A stretch of DNA of 64,000 nt from the human T2T-CHM13v2.0 reference genome, Homo sapiens, in assembly GCF_009914755.1 (NCBI RefSeq), contig NC_060928.1; one strand, 5' to 3'. Shown here piece after piece: positions 26,191 to 39,437 of this stretch. The translations under genes were made by a program, and so were the position numbers. The notes beneath the pieces were generated by a model that saw only the letters and a list, made by a program, of their open reading frames with translations, was not told the origin of the DNA and made no database searches. Numbering within the stretch: position 1 is the stretch's first letter; every line of letters begins with the position of its first letter.

Positions 26191-26670
26191 CATGGCAGAA
26201 ATATCAGTCTCTATAACTGGAGGTATTGCAGATTATACATAAGAGGAGGAAGGAGGAAGACATGTAATTAAATGACTTAAGCAATTAAATTGCTCATATT
26301 TTATATACAAATCTTTAATCTGAAGGTTTAAGTGTGTCTGATGACTCACTAAATTTCCTTATGGCTATTGCTGTTCACTCTTGTCCTAAGAGCAATGAAT
26401 AAAGATGACAATTTCTGTCACTTAAAGACTACCCACTATAGCTAATGTCATAAGTCAGACACACCACTAAGGGACTATGCCTTTATGAATCAGACTACTG
26501 ATTTCATTCATTAATGCTTAATTCTTTGAGGAGATGTTGACTGCAATATTAAATTTTAAAAGGATAGATTCAGATATCTCCCAGGACAAATAACAGGATG
26601 CTCACCCTTTGGGAGCAAGTTACCTATTACAGGTCGTACAGCCAAAGTTACATGTCAATACCCATTCAAC

Positions 26671-26947
26671 TTTTTTTTTTTGAGACGGAGTCTCACTATG
26701 TCTCTCAGGCTGGAGTGCAGTGGCGCGATCTCGGCTCACTGCAAGCTCCTCCTCCCTGCCTCAGCCTCCCTAGTAGCTGAGACTACAGGCGTCCGCCAAC
26801 CTGCCTGGCTGTTTTTTGTGTGTGTGTTTAGTACAGATGAGGTTTCACCATGTTAGCCAGGATGGTCTCGATCTCCTGACCTTGTGATCCGTGCACCTCA
26901 GCCTCCCAAAGTGCTGGGATTACAGGCATGAGCCACCGCACCTGGGC
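26671..26947 (-). mobile_element. Alu (AluY/Sc8-like) with ~18-20 bp deletion
   Basis: gcaagctcc and ttagccaggatggtctcgatctcc diagnostics; TSD atacccattcaactt at 26658-26672 and 26949-26963. Confidence 0.95.
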
Positions 26948-27038
26948 TATACCCATTCAACTTCCGATAAAGAAAAATCTCAAAGATCCTGGTCTAATGT
27001 TTTTCCTGTGTGGAGGTTCCTTCCTTGAGTATCTCCGG

Positions 27039-27042
<4 letters not shown>

Positions 27043-27075
<33 letters not shown>

Positions 27076-27331
27076 CAGAGCTGGAGTGCCGTGGTGCGAT
27101 CTCGGCTCACTGCAAACTCTGACTCCCAGGTTCATGCCATTCTCCTGCCTCAGCCTCCCAAGTAGCTGGGACTACCTGTGTGCACCACCACACCCGGCTA
27201 CTTTTTGTATTTGTAGTAGAGACAGGTTTCACCATATTAGCCAGGCTGGTCTTGATCTCTTGACCTTGTGATCCGCCCACCTCAGCCTCCCAAAGTGCTG
27301 GGATTACAGGTGTGAGCCACCGTGCCCTGCC
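27043..27331 (-). mobile_element. Alu (AluSc/Y-like) with ~19 bp deletion
   Basis: Long poly-T and Alu body; imperfect TSD tcc(g/a)ggaa..tttt. Confidence 0.93.
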
Positions 27332-27629
27332 TCCAGGAACATTTTTATCTTCAGCTGTACATCAGACTTTTTGCAAACAGTAGTAACTATGTCTCTAACT
27401 TTGTACAAGATATACTCTGGGCAGACAAAAGCTAAGGCAAAGAATCTTTATGAGTATTTAACTAAAAGCTATTCACAAAACCACTAATCCATCTATCCAT
27501 AAAAGTAAGTCCTATATTAAGATGTATCCATTCCTATGGTTTTGTTCCCTAAGAAGACACAATATTACTTGATTGATATATCTATGTTTATCATATTAAA
27601 TACACCACAATAACAATTTTTATGAGGAT

Positions 27630-28780
27630 TATATTTTTACAGCAATTTCAGAAATACAGAAAAAATGTGCATATAGTACTATATTCCCATATGCATCCTA
27701 TTCTACTCACACAGTTACCATTATTATTAACATTTTGTGTTAGTGTGATACATTAGTGTCATAATTTGTGCCACTATTAATACATTAACATTAATCAAAG
27801 TCCATAGTTTACATTAGGGTTTATTCTCTATGCTGACAGTTTTATGGGTTTTGACAAATGTATAATATCATGAATAGACTATAACAGTATCATACTGACT
27901 AGTTTCACTGCCCTAAAAAAACCTGTTCTCCCCCTAAATATTTCTCTCTCCTACCCCTTAAACCCTAGTAACCATTGATATATTTGTACTTTCTCTATAG
28001 TTTTATCCTTTTTAAGGATGTCATGTAGCTTTAATCATAGAGTATGGAGCCTTGTTAGACTGGCTTCTTTCACTTAGCAACATGCACTTGAGGTTTCTCC
28101 ATTTCATCTCATGGCCTGATAGTTTATTTCTGTTTAATTTTAAACAATACTACATTTTGGAAATGTTTATCTACTCCCTATTGAAGAATATTCTGGTTGC
28201 TTTCTGTTTTGGCAACTATGAATATGACTGTTATAAACATTTACTTGCAGGTTTTTGTACAGATATTAATTTTCAACTTATTTGTGTAAATACCTAGAAA
28301 TGTGAATCTTGTATTGAAAGCTTGTGTTTAGCTTTGTAAGAAACTGTCTGCCAGGTGCGGTGGCTCACGCCTGTAATCCCAGCACTTTCAGAGGCTGAGA
28401 GGGGCGGATCACGAGGTCAGAAGATCGAGACCATCCTGACTAACACGGTGAAACCCCATCTCTACTAAAAGTACAAAAAATTAGCCAGACGTGGTGGCGG
28501 GTGCCTGTAGTCCCAGCTACTCAGGAGGCTGAGGCAGGAGAATGGCGTGAACCAGGAGGCGGAGCTTGCAGTGAGCCGAGATCAAGGCACTGCACTCCAG
28601 CCTGGGCAACAGTGCAAGACTTCGGGAAAAAAAAAAAAAAAAGAAAGAAACGAAAGAAAGAAAGAAAAGAAAAGAAAGAAAGAGAGAAAGAAAGAAAAAA
28701 ACTGCCAAACAGTAAGAAACTGCCAAACAGTCTTCCAAAGTTGTTGTTCAATTTTGCATTCCCACTACCAATGAATGAAA
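27630..28780 (-). mobile_element. L1MC/MD-type 3'UTR, interrupted by AluY
   Basis: aagtccatagtttacattagggt..gggttttgacaaatgtataat..agtttcactgccctaaaaa; resumes aaactgccaaacagtcttccaaag after the Alu. Confidence 0.8.
28349..28698 (+). mobile_element. AluY with tail converted to (GAAA)n microsatellite
   Basis: gagaccatcctgactaacacggtgaaacccc, ggcgtgaacc, gcttgcagtgagccgag; TSD core aaactg(t/c)c. Confidence 0.95.
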
Positions 28781-30427
28781 GTCCACATTCCTTCTCACCC
28801 AAATTCAGAAAAGAATCAACTTGGACAACCACAATAAATAGGAGAAATTCTAGAGCCAGGCCCATGTTTTAGGAAAAAATGAGGATGAAGGAAAGGATAA
28901 ACAACAAACACTTCATAATTAAGTCCTGCATTAGGGAAGTGTCTTTAATTAGACAGTAGAGCATTGCATTTTGGAAATATAATACCCACTTTAGCAGTAA
29001 TACTATGGACTCAGACAAATTGAATAAACTTTGCTACAACAATGACCTGGCACAGAAATGCAAGATGATACTGTATTCATTCCTTGCAATTACTAAGAGT
29101 CAAGTATTTGGAGCTTAACAAATACTAATTCCTAGATTTCAGTTAACTTTTTCATTTGACTAGGAAGTTATTATCAATAGATTCAGTATATAGCCTCTGT
29201 GAATAGTCCCTGTGAATTATATTTACCTGCACCATATTACAATACTCAATAGCATACTATATCTAATAAAATTCATATACAATCTATTATATACTGCTAG
29301 AAATATTTTAGTAAAATTGATCTTTGATGCCTATAATAAATATTAATAGTTACACATAGAAAAGAGTATTGCTAAGGTGAGCAACTAATAGTTAATCATT
29401 AATTGATAACCTTGTGACTTGAAAAAATAGTTTACCTTCAAAAGAGTGTAGGTATAATATTCGTTAATAAGAGAAATCAATTTTAAGAAAATATTCATCT
29501 TCGTTTCCTTTTTACTAGATTTTATCTACCTTGAATATCTTTTGAGTCAATGAACAATGATTTATTCTTGGATTTATAATTTCAATATAAAATCAAATGA
29601 AGAAGTTTGTTTTATTTGTACTCCTTAAGGCAATTTTAACAGTATATCAATGCTGCTGAATAGCAATTTAATACTACTAATAATAAACTACCATATTTAA
29701 GTCTCAGGTAGAAAATTAAGGCAGAAGAGTTTAAATTCACAATTGAAAGGTAAATGAGCAAAAGTTTGCAAATCATTAAAGTTTTAATTTCCTTTTAAAT
29801 TTATCTCAGTTTTAGTCTTATAGATTTCAGTGAGTTTGAATTTAACGTGGTATCTATTGAAGTAATGAGATTTATAGAAGAGCTGCATTATCATTTTTAA
29901 TAGTTATACTGAAATTATATTCCCTTATGTGACTGTATGTATCTAAGCATTTAAACGGCAAACCAAATGACCTACTTGGTTCTCAGAATAGATGACAGTT
30001 CATAGATCATTTATTACAATTTCAGAGTGGCAAACAGAAGTTAAAATACTTTCAAACCAAGCAATAAGTTGAAAGACTTGGAAAAGGTTATTAGCTCTGT
30101 ATATTGGAAAGAGAGCAGAAAAAAAAGAATGGTGAATTTAACACCATTTTAAAAGTAAAATTTTCATAAGCAAGTACAGTAAAGTCTTATGAAAAAGAAG
30201 CATCCACTGATTTGTCTTTGTATTTTATTGAGTATAAATCATATTTAACACTACATCATGAATCTAAACTGAACCAACAGAAGTGTGAAAAATGGGACAT
30301 TTTCTTGCATTTCAAAATGCATTTGTATTTCTCTGCTTGGCTTAGTACATGAAACTACTGATATATTGGGCAGTACATTAATCATCTCATGGGAACTCCA
30401 CAAAATTTGGAGGTTTCTTTTTACAAA

Positions 30428-30721
30428 TTTTTTTTTTTTTTGAGATGGAGTCTCGCTCTGTCTCTCAGGCTGGAGTGCAGTGCGCGATCTTGGCTCTGCA
30501 AGCTCCGCCTGCTGGGTTCACGCCATTCTCCTGCCTCAGCCTCCCAAGTAGCTGGGACCACAGGCGCCCGACACCATGCCTGGCTAATTTTTTTTGTATT
30601 TTTTGTAGAGACTGGGTTTCACCGTGTTAGCCAGGATGGTCTTGTTCTCCTAACCTCAAGATCCTCCCTCCTCGGCCTCCCAAAGTGCTGGGATTACAGG
30701 CGTGAGCCACTGCGCCCGGCC
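30428..30721 (-). mobile_element. AluY
   Basis: gcaagctccgcc..ttcacgccattc, accgtgttagccaggatggtc; TSD ttacaa. Confidence 0.95.
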
Positions 30722-31209
30722 TTACAATTATATTTTTGGGAACATATTTCTCTTTTTTCTTGTCCCCTGTACCTACCTTTCATAAGAGTCATTCTCCCAT
30801 TTACATCCATCAGTTGTTGTCCAGCAACTACTATTTAAAAAAAAAAAACAGTATTGAATAAATGAAGACAGAAATTTATGTTGTAAGCTCTGCCTATTGA
30901 TAGAGGATGATTAATGTGGAATAGAAAATATTAACTATAGAGCATAAGTAAAGGGTTGTAGAAGTAAGTAAGACTGATGATCTCCAACCATCCCTCTTAC
31001 ACATCCCAGAGCCCCTTGGTCCCTAGCAAAACTTTCTTATTGAGAAGCTACAACCCTAGTCAAAGCCCTCATCACTTCAATGGCTTGGACTATTCCTGCA
31101 GCACTCTGAGTAAACTATCAGCAATATTTTCTTTTTAGTGGTTTTACAGACTGTAAAATATGTTTTTAAAGCTGAATATTTCAAAGAATAAATATTCAGA
31201 TTATCTGAT

Positions 31210-34200
31210 AAAAATGAGATAGACAGCAACACAATAATAGTGAGAGACTTTAATATTCCACTGACAACACGAGACAGCTTATCAAGACAGAAAGTCAATA
31301 GTGAAACAATGCACTTACACTATACACTAGAACAAATTGATTTAACAGATATTCATGGAACATCCTACCCAACAACTGCAGAATATACATTTTCTCATCA
31401 GCACATGAAACATTTTACAAGGCAGACCATATGAAAGGCCACAAAACAATCTTAATAAATTTAAGAAAATCAAAACCATATTAAGCATCCTCTCAGCCCA
31501 CAGTGGAAGAAAACTGGGAATTAACTCCAAAGGAAATTCCCCAAACTATACAAATGCATGGAAATTAAATAATCTACTCATGAATGATCTTGGGTTGACA
31601 ATGAAATCAAGATGGAAATTTTAAAAAATTTTGAACTGAATGATAATAGTAACATAAACCTCTGGGATACAGCCAAAGTGGTGTTTGGAGGAAAGTTCAT
31701 AGCATTAAATGCCCACTCAAAATGTCTGAAAGACCACAAATAAACAACCTAAGATCACACCTCAAGGAACTAGAGAAACAAGAACAAACCAACTTAAACC
31801 CAGCACAAGAAAAGCATAACAAAGATTAGAGCGGAACTGAATTAAATTGAAACAAACAAAAAAAAATTAAACAAAAAGCTGGTTTTTGGAAACGATAAAC
31901 AAAATTGATAGACCATTTATGAAAATAACCAAGAAAAGAAGAGAGAAGTTTCAAATAAGCTCAATTAGAAATGAAATGGGAGATGGTACAACAAATAACA
32001 TATAAATACAAAAGATCATTCAAGGGTACTAGGAATGTCTTTAAGCACACAAGCTGGAAAATCTAGAGGAGATGGATAAGTTCCTAAAAATATTCAATCC
32101 TCCTAGATTAAGTCAGGAAGAAATATAATATCTGAACAGATCAATAGCAAGTAGATAACAACAAATAAAAAAAAAAAAACCTGTAAAAAAAGCCCAGGAC
32201 CAGATGGATTCACAGCTAAATTCTATCAGACATTTAAAGAAAAATTGGTACCAATCCTGCTGAAACTATTATGAAAAAAAAAGAGAAAGAGAGAATAGTC
32301 TCTAAATTATTCTATGAAGTCAACATCACTATAATACCAAAACATGAAAGGACATAATAGAAAAAGAAAACTAGAGACCAATATCCCTGATGAACATAGA
32401 TGCAAAAATCCTCAACAAAATACTAGCTAACCAACTCCAACATCATATCAAATAGATAATATATCATGATCAAGTGGGTTTCACACCAAGGACGCAGGTA
32501 TGTTTTAATACACACAAGACAATAAACGTGATACATCACATAAACAGAATTAAAAACAAAAATCACATGATCATCTCAAATGATGCAGAAAAAGCACTTG
32601 ACAAAATCCAGCATCTCTTTGTAATAAAACCCTGAGCAAAACTGGCATGGAAGAGACATACCTCAAGGTATCTATGACAAAACCACAGCCAAAATTATAC
32701 TGAATGGGAAAAAGTTGAAAGCATTCCCCTGGAGAACTGGAACAAGACAAGGATTCCTGCTTTCACCACTTCTATTCAACATAGTACTGGAAGTCTTAGC
32801 CAGAGAAATCAGACAAGAGAAAAAAAAATAAATGGCATCCAAATTGATAAAGTGGAAGTCAACCTGTCACTGTTTGCCAATGACTGTATATCGAGAAAAC
32901 CCTAAAGACTCATCCAAAAAGCTTCTAGATCTAACAAATGAATTCATTAAAGTCTCAGTATACAAAATTAATGTACACAAATCAGAAGCACTGATATAGC
33001 CCAATAATGACCAAGCTGAGAATCAAATCAATAACGCAATCACTTTTACTACAGATGCCAAAAAATAAAATACTTAGGAATATACCCAACCAAGGAAGTG
33101 TAAGATCTCTACAAAGAAAACTACAAAACACTGATGAATGAAATCATAGGTAACACACACAAATGGAAACACATTCCAAGCCTACGGAGGGATAGAATCA
33201 ATATTGTGAAAATGACCATACTGTCAAAAGCAATCTACAGATTCAATGTAATTTTCATCAAAATACCAACATCATTTTTCACAGAACTAGAAAAAAACAA
33301 ATCCCAAAATTCATATGGAACCAAAAATGATCCCACATTGCTAAAGCACAACTAAGCAAAAAGAATAAATCTGGAGGCATCTCATTTCCTGAAATACTCT
33401 GACTCTTTTCCCCACCTAAATCTCATGTCAAATCGTACTTCCCAGTGTTGGAGGAGGGGCCCAGTGGGAAGTGATTGAATCATGGGGACAAACTTCCTCC
33501 TTGGTGTTCTTGTAATATAATTCTTATGAGATCTGGTTCTTTGAAAGTGTGTAAACCTCCCGCTTCACTCTTTCTCTTCTGCTTCACCATGTTTGAATGG
33601 TACTTTCTTCCCCTACAATTTTGGCTATGATTGCGTTTCCTAAGGCCTCTGCAGCCATGCTTCCTGTATAGCTTTTGGAACCATAAGGCAATTAAACCTC
33701 TTTTCTTCATAAATTACTCAGTCTCATGTACGTCTTTATAGCAGTGTGAGAATAATACAGAAAATTGGTACCAGGAAGAGGGGCATTGCTATATAGACAC
33801 CTGAAAATGTGGAAGGGAATTTGGAGCTCGGTAACATGCAGAGGTTGGAACAGTTCTAACAGGGCTAAGAAGAAAAGAGAAAGATGAGGAAAAGTTTGGA
33901 ATTTCCTGGAGACTTGTTAAATGGTTGTGACCAAAATGCTGATAGTGATATGGACACTGAATTCCAGGCTGAGGTAGTCTCAGATGAAGATGAGGAACTT
34001 ATTGGAAGCTGGAGTAAAGGTAAGACTTGCTATGCTTTAGCAAAGAGACAGTGGCATGGTGCCCCTGCTCTAGAGATCTATAACTTTGAACTTGAGAGAG
34101 ACCATTTATGATATCTAGCCAAAAAAAAAAAAATTCTTAGCAATAAAGCATTCAAGAAGTAGCCCCTTTGCTTCTAAATGCCTATGCTCATTTTCATAAA

Positions 34201-37120
34201 CAAAGAAATGAACTGAAACTAGAACTTATATTTTAAAGGGAGGTAGAACATAACAGTTTGGAAAATTTGCAGCCTGACCATGTGGAAGAAAAGAAAATCC
34301 CATTCTCTGGAGAAGAATTCAAGGCTGTAGAAATTTGCATAAGTAAAGAAGAATGGAATGTTAATAGCCAAGACAATGAGGAAAATGCCTCCTGGGCATT
34401 ACAGAGACCTTTGCAGCAGCCCCTTCCATCACAGGCCTTGAGGTCTAGGAGGGAAAACTAGTTTGGGCGGCCAGGCCCAGGGCTTCACTGCTCTGTGCAG
34501 CCTTGGGACATGGCACCCTGCATCCCAGGTGCTCAAGCTCCAACTGCGGCTAAAAGAGGCCAAGATATGTCTCAGTCCACTGTTCCAGAGGGTGCAAGCC
34601 ATCAGAAACCTTAGTAGCTTCCACATGGCTTTGAGCCTGCAGGTGCACAGAGTGCAATAGTTGAGGCTTGGGAGAATCTGTCTAGATTTCAGAAGATGTA
34701 TGTAAATGCTTGGTGGTCCAGATTGAAGTCTGCCACAGTTGTCCCTCATGGACAATTTCTATTAGGTCAGTGGAGATGGGAAATGTGGGGTTGGAGCCCA
34801 CACACAGAGTCCCTATAGGGCTCCTGTCTAGTGAAGCTATGAGAAGAGGGCCACCATCCTTCAGACCCCAGGATGGTAGATCCAGAGACAGCTTTTACCA
34901 TGTTCGAGGAAAAGCTGCAGGCATACAATGCCAGGCCATGTAGGTAGCTGTAGGGGCTGTATGCTGCAGAGCCACAGAGGCAGAGTAGCCCAAGGCCTTG
35001 GGAGCTACCCCTTGCATCAGTGTGTCTTGGATGTGAGACAGGGAGTCCAAGTATTTTATTTTGGAGCTTTAAGATTTAATGGCTGCCCTGCTGGGTTTTG
35101 GACTTGCATGAGGCCTGTAGTCCGTTTGTTTTGCCTGGTTTCTCCCTTTTGGAATGGGTCTATTTACCCAATGTCTCTATCTTCATTGTATCTAAGAAGT
35201 AACTAACTTGTTTTCAATTTCACAGGCTCATAGAAGGAGGGTCTTTCTTTGTCTCAGATGAGACTTTGGGCTTGGACTTTTGAATTAATGCTTGAATGAG
35301 TTAACACTTTGGGGGACTGTTGGTAAGGCATGATTGTCCTTTGAAATGTGAGAAGATACGAGATTCTGGAGGGTCCAGGTACAGAATAATATGGTTTGGC
35401 TCTGTGTCCCCACCCAAACTCATGTTGAATTGTAATTCCCAGTGTTGGAGGAGGGATGTGGTAGGAGGTGATTGAACCATGTGGGCAGACTCCACTTTTT
35501 TCTGTTCTCATGATAGAGTTCTCATGAGATTTGTTTGTTTGAAAGTGTGTAGCACCTCCCCCTTAACTCTCTGTCTTCTCCTCCTCTGTCAACTGATCAT
35601 AGGGAACTCCATGTAAATTAAACCTCTCTTCTTTATAAATTACCCAGTCTCAGATATGTCTTTATGGGAGTTTGGGAATGAACTAATACTTTTCTCGACT
35701 TCAAACTATACTACCAGGTTGTGTTTACCAAAACTGCATGGTACTATTATAAAAATAGGCACATAGACCAATGGAACAGAATAGAGAACTCAGACATAAA
35801 GCCAAATACTTACCACTAACTGATCTTTGACAAAACAACAAAAATGTAAAATGGAGAAAGGACAAATGATGCTGAGATAATTGGCAAGCCACATGTAGAA
35901 GAATGGAACTAGATCCTCATCTCTCACTTATAAAAAATCAACTCAAGATTGATCAAAGACTTAAATCTAAGACCTGAAATCAAAAAACCTCCAGAAGATA
36001 ACACTGGAAAAACTTTTATAGACATTGGCTTAGGCAAAGAGTTCATAACCAAGAACCCAAAAGCAAAGCCAACAAAAACAAAAATAAATAGAAGGTACCT
36101 AATTAAACTAAAAAACTTCTGCATATTGAAAGAAATAATCAGCAGAGTAAACACACCACCCACAGAGTGGGAAAAAATATTTGCAAGCTACGCATCTGAC
36201 ATAGGATTAATACACAGAATCTACAAGGAATTCAAATCAGCCATAAGAAAAAAAAAAATAATAATCCCTTCAAAAAGTGGGCTAAGGACATGAATAGACA
36301 ATTCTCAAAAGAAGATATACAAATGACCAACAAACATATGAAAAAATGATCAACATTGCTAATTATGAGGGAAGTGCAAATTAAAACCACAATGAGATAC
36401 CACCTTACTTCTGTAAGAATGGCCATAATTGAAATCCAAAAATAATAAATGTTGGCATGGATCTGGTGAAAAGGGAGAACTTCTATACTGCTGACGGGAA
36501 TGTAAACTAGTACAACCACTATAAAAAACAGTATGGAGATTCCTAAAAAAAAAAACAAAAAGTAGAACTACTATTTGATCTAGCCACTCCACTACTGGGT
36601 ATCTACCCAGAGGAAAATAAGTCATTATATGAAAAAGACATTTGCACATGTTTATATGAGCACAATTCACAATTGCAAAAATATGGAACCAACCTAAATG
36701 TCTGTCAGATAAGAAGTGAATAAAGAAAATGTTATACACACACACACACAGACACACCATGGAATACTACTTAGCCATAAAAGGGAACAAAATAAAGGGA
36801 TTTGCCGCAACCTGGGTGGAGTTTCAGACCTTTATTCTAAGTGAAGCAACCCAGGAATGAAAAACCCAATATTGTATGTTCTCACTTATAAATCTGACCT
36901 AAGCTATGAGGATGTAAAAGCTTAATGATATAATGGGCATTCAGGACTCAGGGGAAAGGGTAGGGGTGGGTTGAGGGATAAAAGAATACACATTGAGTAC
37001 AGTTTACACTGCTAGTATGAAGGGTGCACCAAAATCGCAGAAAAAAACACTAAAGAATTTATCCATGCAACCAAAAACCACCTGTTCCCCAAAAACTAAT
37101 GAAATAAAATAAAATAAAAA
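31210..37120 (+). mobile_element. 5'-truncated L1PB1-like element (decayed ORF2 + 3'UTR), split by MSTA at 33390-35690
   Basis: EN motif DFNIPLT; agcccaggaccagatggattcacagct ([10 protein letters not shown]); ggaacaagacaagga; [18 protein letters not shown]; WEKIFA; 3' end gggtgcaccaaaatcgcag..ccacctgttccccaaaaact plus A-tail. Many frameshifts and stops. Confidence 0.93.
33390..35690 (+). mobile_element. Complete MSTA MaLR element: 5'LTR 33390-33759, internal 33760-35386, 3'LTR 35387-35690 (internally deleted)
   Basis: Two homologous LTRs (cccagtgttggaggaggg; tttgaaagtgtgta); internal starts gaaaattggtacc; 5-bp TSD tttcc/tttct at 33385-33389 and 35691-35695; L1 is colinear on both sides. Confidence 0.92.
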
Positions 37121-37229
37121 TTATGCCAGTATTTTTCAATAGATGCATCCATTATTTCTGTTGCATATAAATGTTCATTATGAATTCTTCTCATTTTTCA
37201 ATACTTACAAAATCTCAATTGAATTATTT

Positions 37230-37767
37230 TATTTTATTATATTATTATTATTATTTCTTTTTGAGGCAGGGTCTCACTCTGTCATCCAGGCTGGAGAGCA
37301 GTGGTGTGATCTTGGCTCACTGCAACCTCTGCCTTCCATGTTTAGGTAATCTCCTGCCTCAGCCTCCCAAGTAGCTGGAATTTATAAATTACCCAGTCTC
37401 AGGTATGTCTTTTTGGGAGTGTGGGAGTGAATTAATACTTTTCTTGACTTTAAACTATACTACCAGGTTGTGTTTACTAAAACTGCATGGTACTATTATA
37501 AAAACAGGCACATAGACCAATGGAACAGAACAGCAAACTCAGACATAAAGCCAAATACTTACCACTAACTGATCTTTGACAAAACAAACAAAAACTTAAA
37601 ACAGAGAAAGGCACAAACCACCATGCCCAGCTAATTTCTGTGTTTTTAGTAGTAAAGGGGTTTCTTAGTGTTTGCCAGGCTGCTCTCAAACTCCTGAACT
37701 CAAGAGATCTGCCCACCTTGGCCTTCCAAAGTGCTGGAATTACAAGCATGAGCCACTGTGCCACTCC
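37230..37767 (-). mobile_element. Old Alu (AluJ/Sz-like) interrupted by a 231-bp insertion
   Basis: gaggcagggtctcactctgtc..gtagctggaa | insert | cacaaaccaccatgcccagctaatt..caaagtgctggaattacaagcatgagccac. Confidence 0.92.
37381..37611 (+). repeat. Direct copy of 35632-35861 (MSTA 3'LTR end + adjacent L1)
   Basis: About 17 differences in 231 bp by manual alignment; includes the LTR/TSD/L1 junction. Confidence 0.96.
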
Positions 37768-39061
37768 TAAATTTAATTTTGATTGAAATGAGGAGTTCTT
37801 CTTCTTTTATATAGCAAATACTATAATTTCTCAAGCTTACTTTTTCTAAAATCTGGAGAACCTGATTTATGAATATCTAGTCATCTTCTACTTTAGAACC
37901 AAATTAGCTGTGGAAAATGTCTTTTGGTAGTTAGTTTCTATAGAACTCCAAAACTTCTTTCACACTAATGTGTATATGCATATTTCAATTTGATTTAATC
38001 TTTATACAAGATTTCAAAAATTTATTGTGTGGGATATAATCATTGTATACATTGTTTTACGTAAATTGTCAACAATTATACAAATAGAAGTTATAACCTT
38101 AATTTATTTGAAAGAAGATGATTTCCATATTTCTATTCCTATCAGTTGATTAACTCTGGAATTAATATCAACTATTCTCTCCACATTTCCAAGTCAGCAT
38201 GCTATAGTTCTCAGTATTTATTTATGTATGAATGGAAGACTCTGCACTAAATAACATTTGTTTGTCTCAACCTTACTTCAGTTTTCAGGTCCAATTAACT
38301 AATAATTTTTGTAGTATCATTAACCAATTTATTTCACCAAAACTATTTAGTACAATATAAGTGTAAATAATATTTCTAATGCATTCCTTTCATTAAATCC
38401 TTTTGAAGCAATTCAACTCATCCATGTTGACTTTTGTCGAAACTTTTCTACACAGGCTTTCTGCATGCTCTCTAAAAACACATCCCTCTATATCTGCTCA
38501 TCCTTTTAAGTAAACTCATCTTAAACTTCAAGGTTCAAGTTAACATTCACATCTTCCGTTAATCAGGTCTTTCATGAGCATGGCGGTCATTTGTATATAT
38601 TAGAAGAACATATAATCATATTTGCATATTTGTATTCCAATCTTTCTTTAATTATACCCATTTTTATTTTGCCCTTCTGCATTTTTCCTGGTATAATTTT
38701 TGTCCACAGACCTAAATCTTGCTCATCTTTCAAGGCATACATTACATATTGCCTTTAATTTCTCATAAGGTTAAGTTAGGTGACTTCTCCTTGTAATTGC
38801 AAATCATTCTCTGGATATTTCTCTTGTTGCTTTTATAATGTTTTATAATAGTCTATTTACTGGTTTATCTTCCCCACCAGAATGAATTTTCTAACCACTG
38901 GTTACATGGTACTATTTTTTGTTGTTTTTGTTCTGTTGAGCCTGCTAATCCATATGCATTAAACAAATGTGTGCTAAATATAGTAATCTGTGAAAATTTC
39001 TTGTGTCTGCATAGCAAAGTAAAAACAATATATTCTTGATGAACTAAGATAATATAAAGAT

Positions 39062-39200
39062 ACGAGCTCTGGAGTAGGTTAGCTTGTGGCAGAAGTCTGG
39101 CTCTGCTATTTACAAAGTGTGTTAACTTGGCAAAATATATAAAACTTTGTTATCTTTATTATCATCTTCAATATGAAAGTTATTCTATTTACCCCAATTT
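39062..39200 (+). mobile_element. MIR fragment
   Basis: gagctctggagtagg..tctggctctgctatttacaaagtgtgttaacttggcaaa. Confidence 0.6.
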
Positions 39201-39384
39201 TTATAAGACTAAGGAATAGTACAAATAAAATGGCTATCCAGTGTAACAAACTTAACTACAACCTGGGAGAAAATTCTAAATATTTACATCCAATCCAAAC
39301 TGAATTAATACAGATAATACAGGAGTCCATATGGGAATTATGTAGTATTTTTCAATACAGGGGTGGGAAAAAATAAGAATTTCA

Positions 39385-39437
39385 TGACATGTAACCCCTG
39401 AGTATAAAATAAAAGTTGAAATTAATAAATAAAATAA
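39385..39437 (+). mobile_element. Extremely truncated L1PA16-like 3' tip
   Basis: acatgtaacccctgagtataaaataaaagttgaaatt plus A-rich tail; flanking aa(g/c)aatttca TSD. Confidence 0.65.

Noticed and set aside
30389-30838. 149-aa ORF and similar ORFs at 28501, 40180 and 57149
   Set aside because: Typical Alu translations ([32 protein letters not shown]).
31210-37120. Active L1 or functional reverse transcriptase
   Set aside because: 5'-truncated, many stops and frameshifts, interrupted by MSTA.
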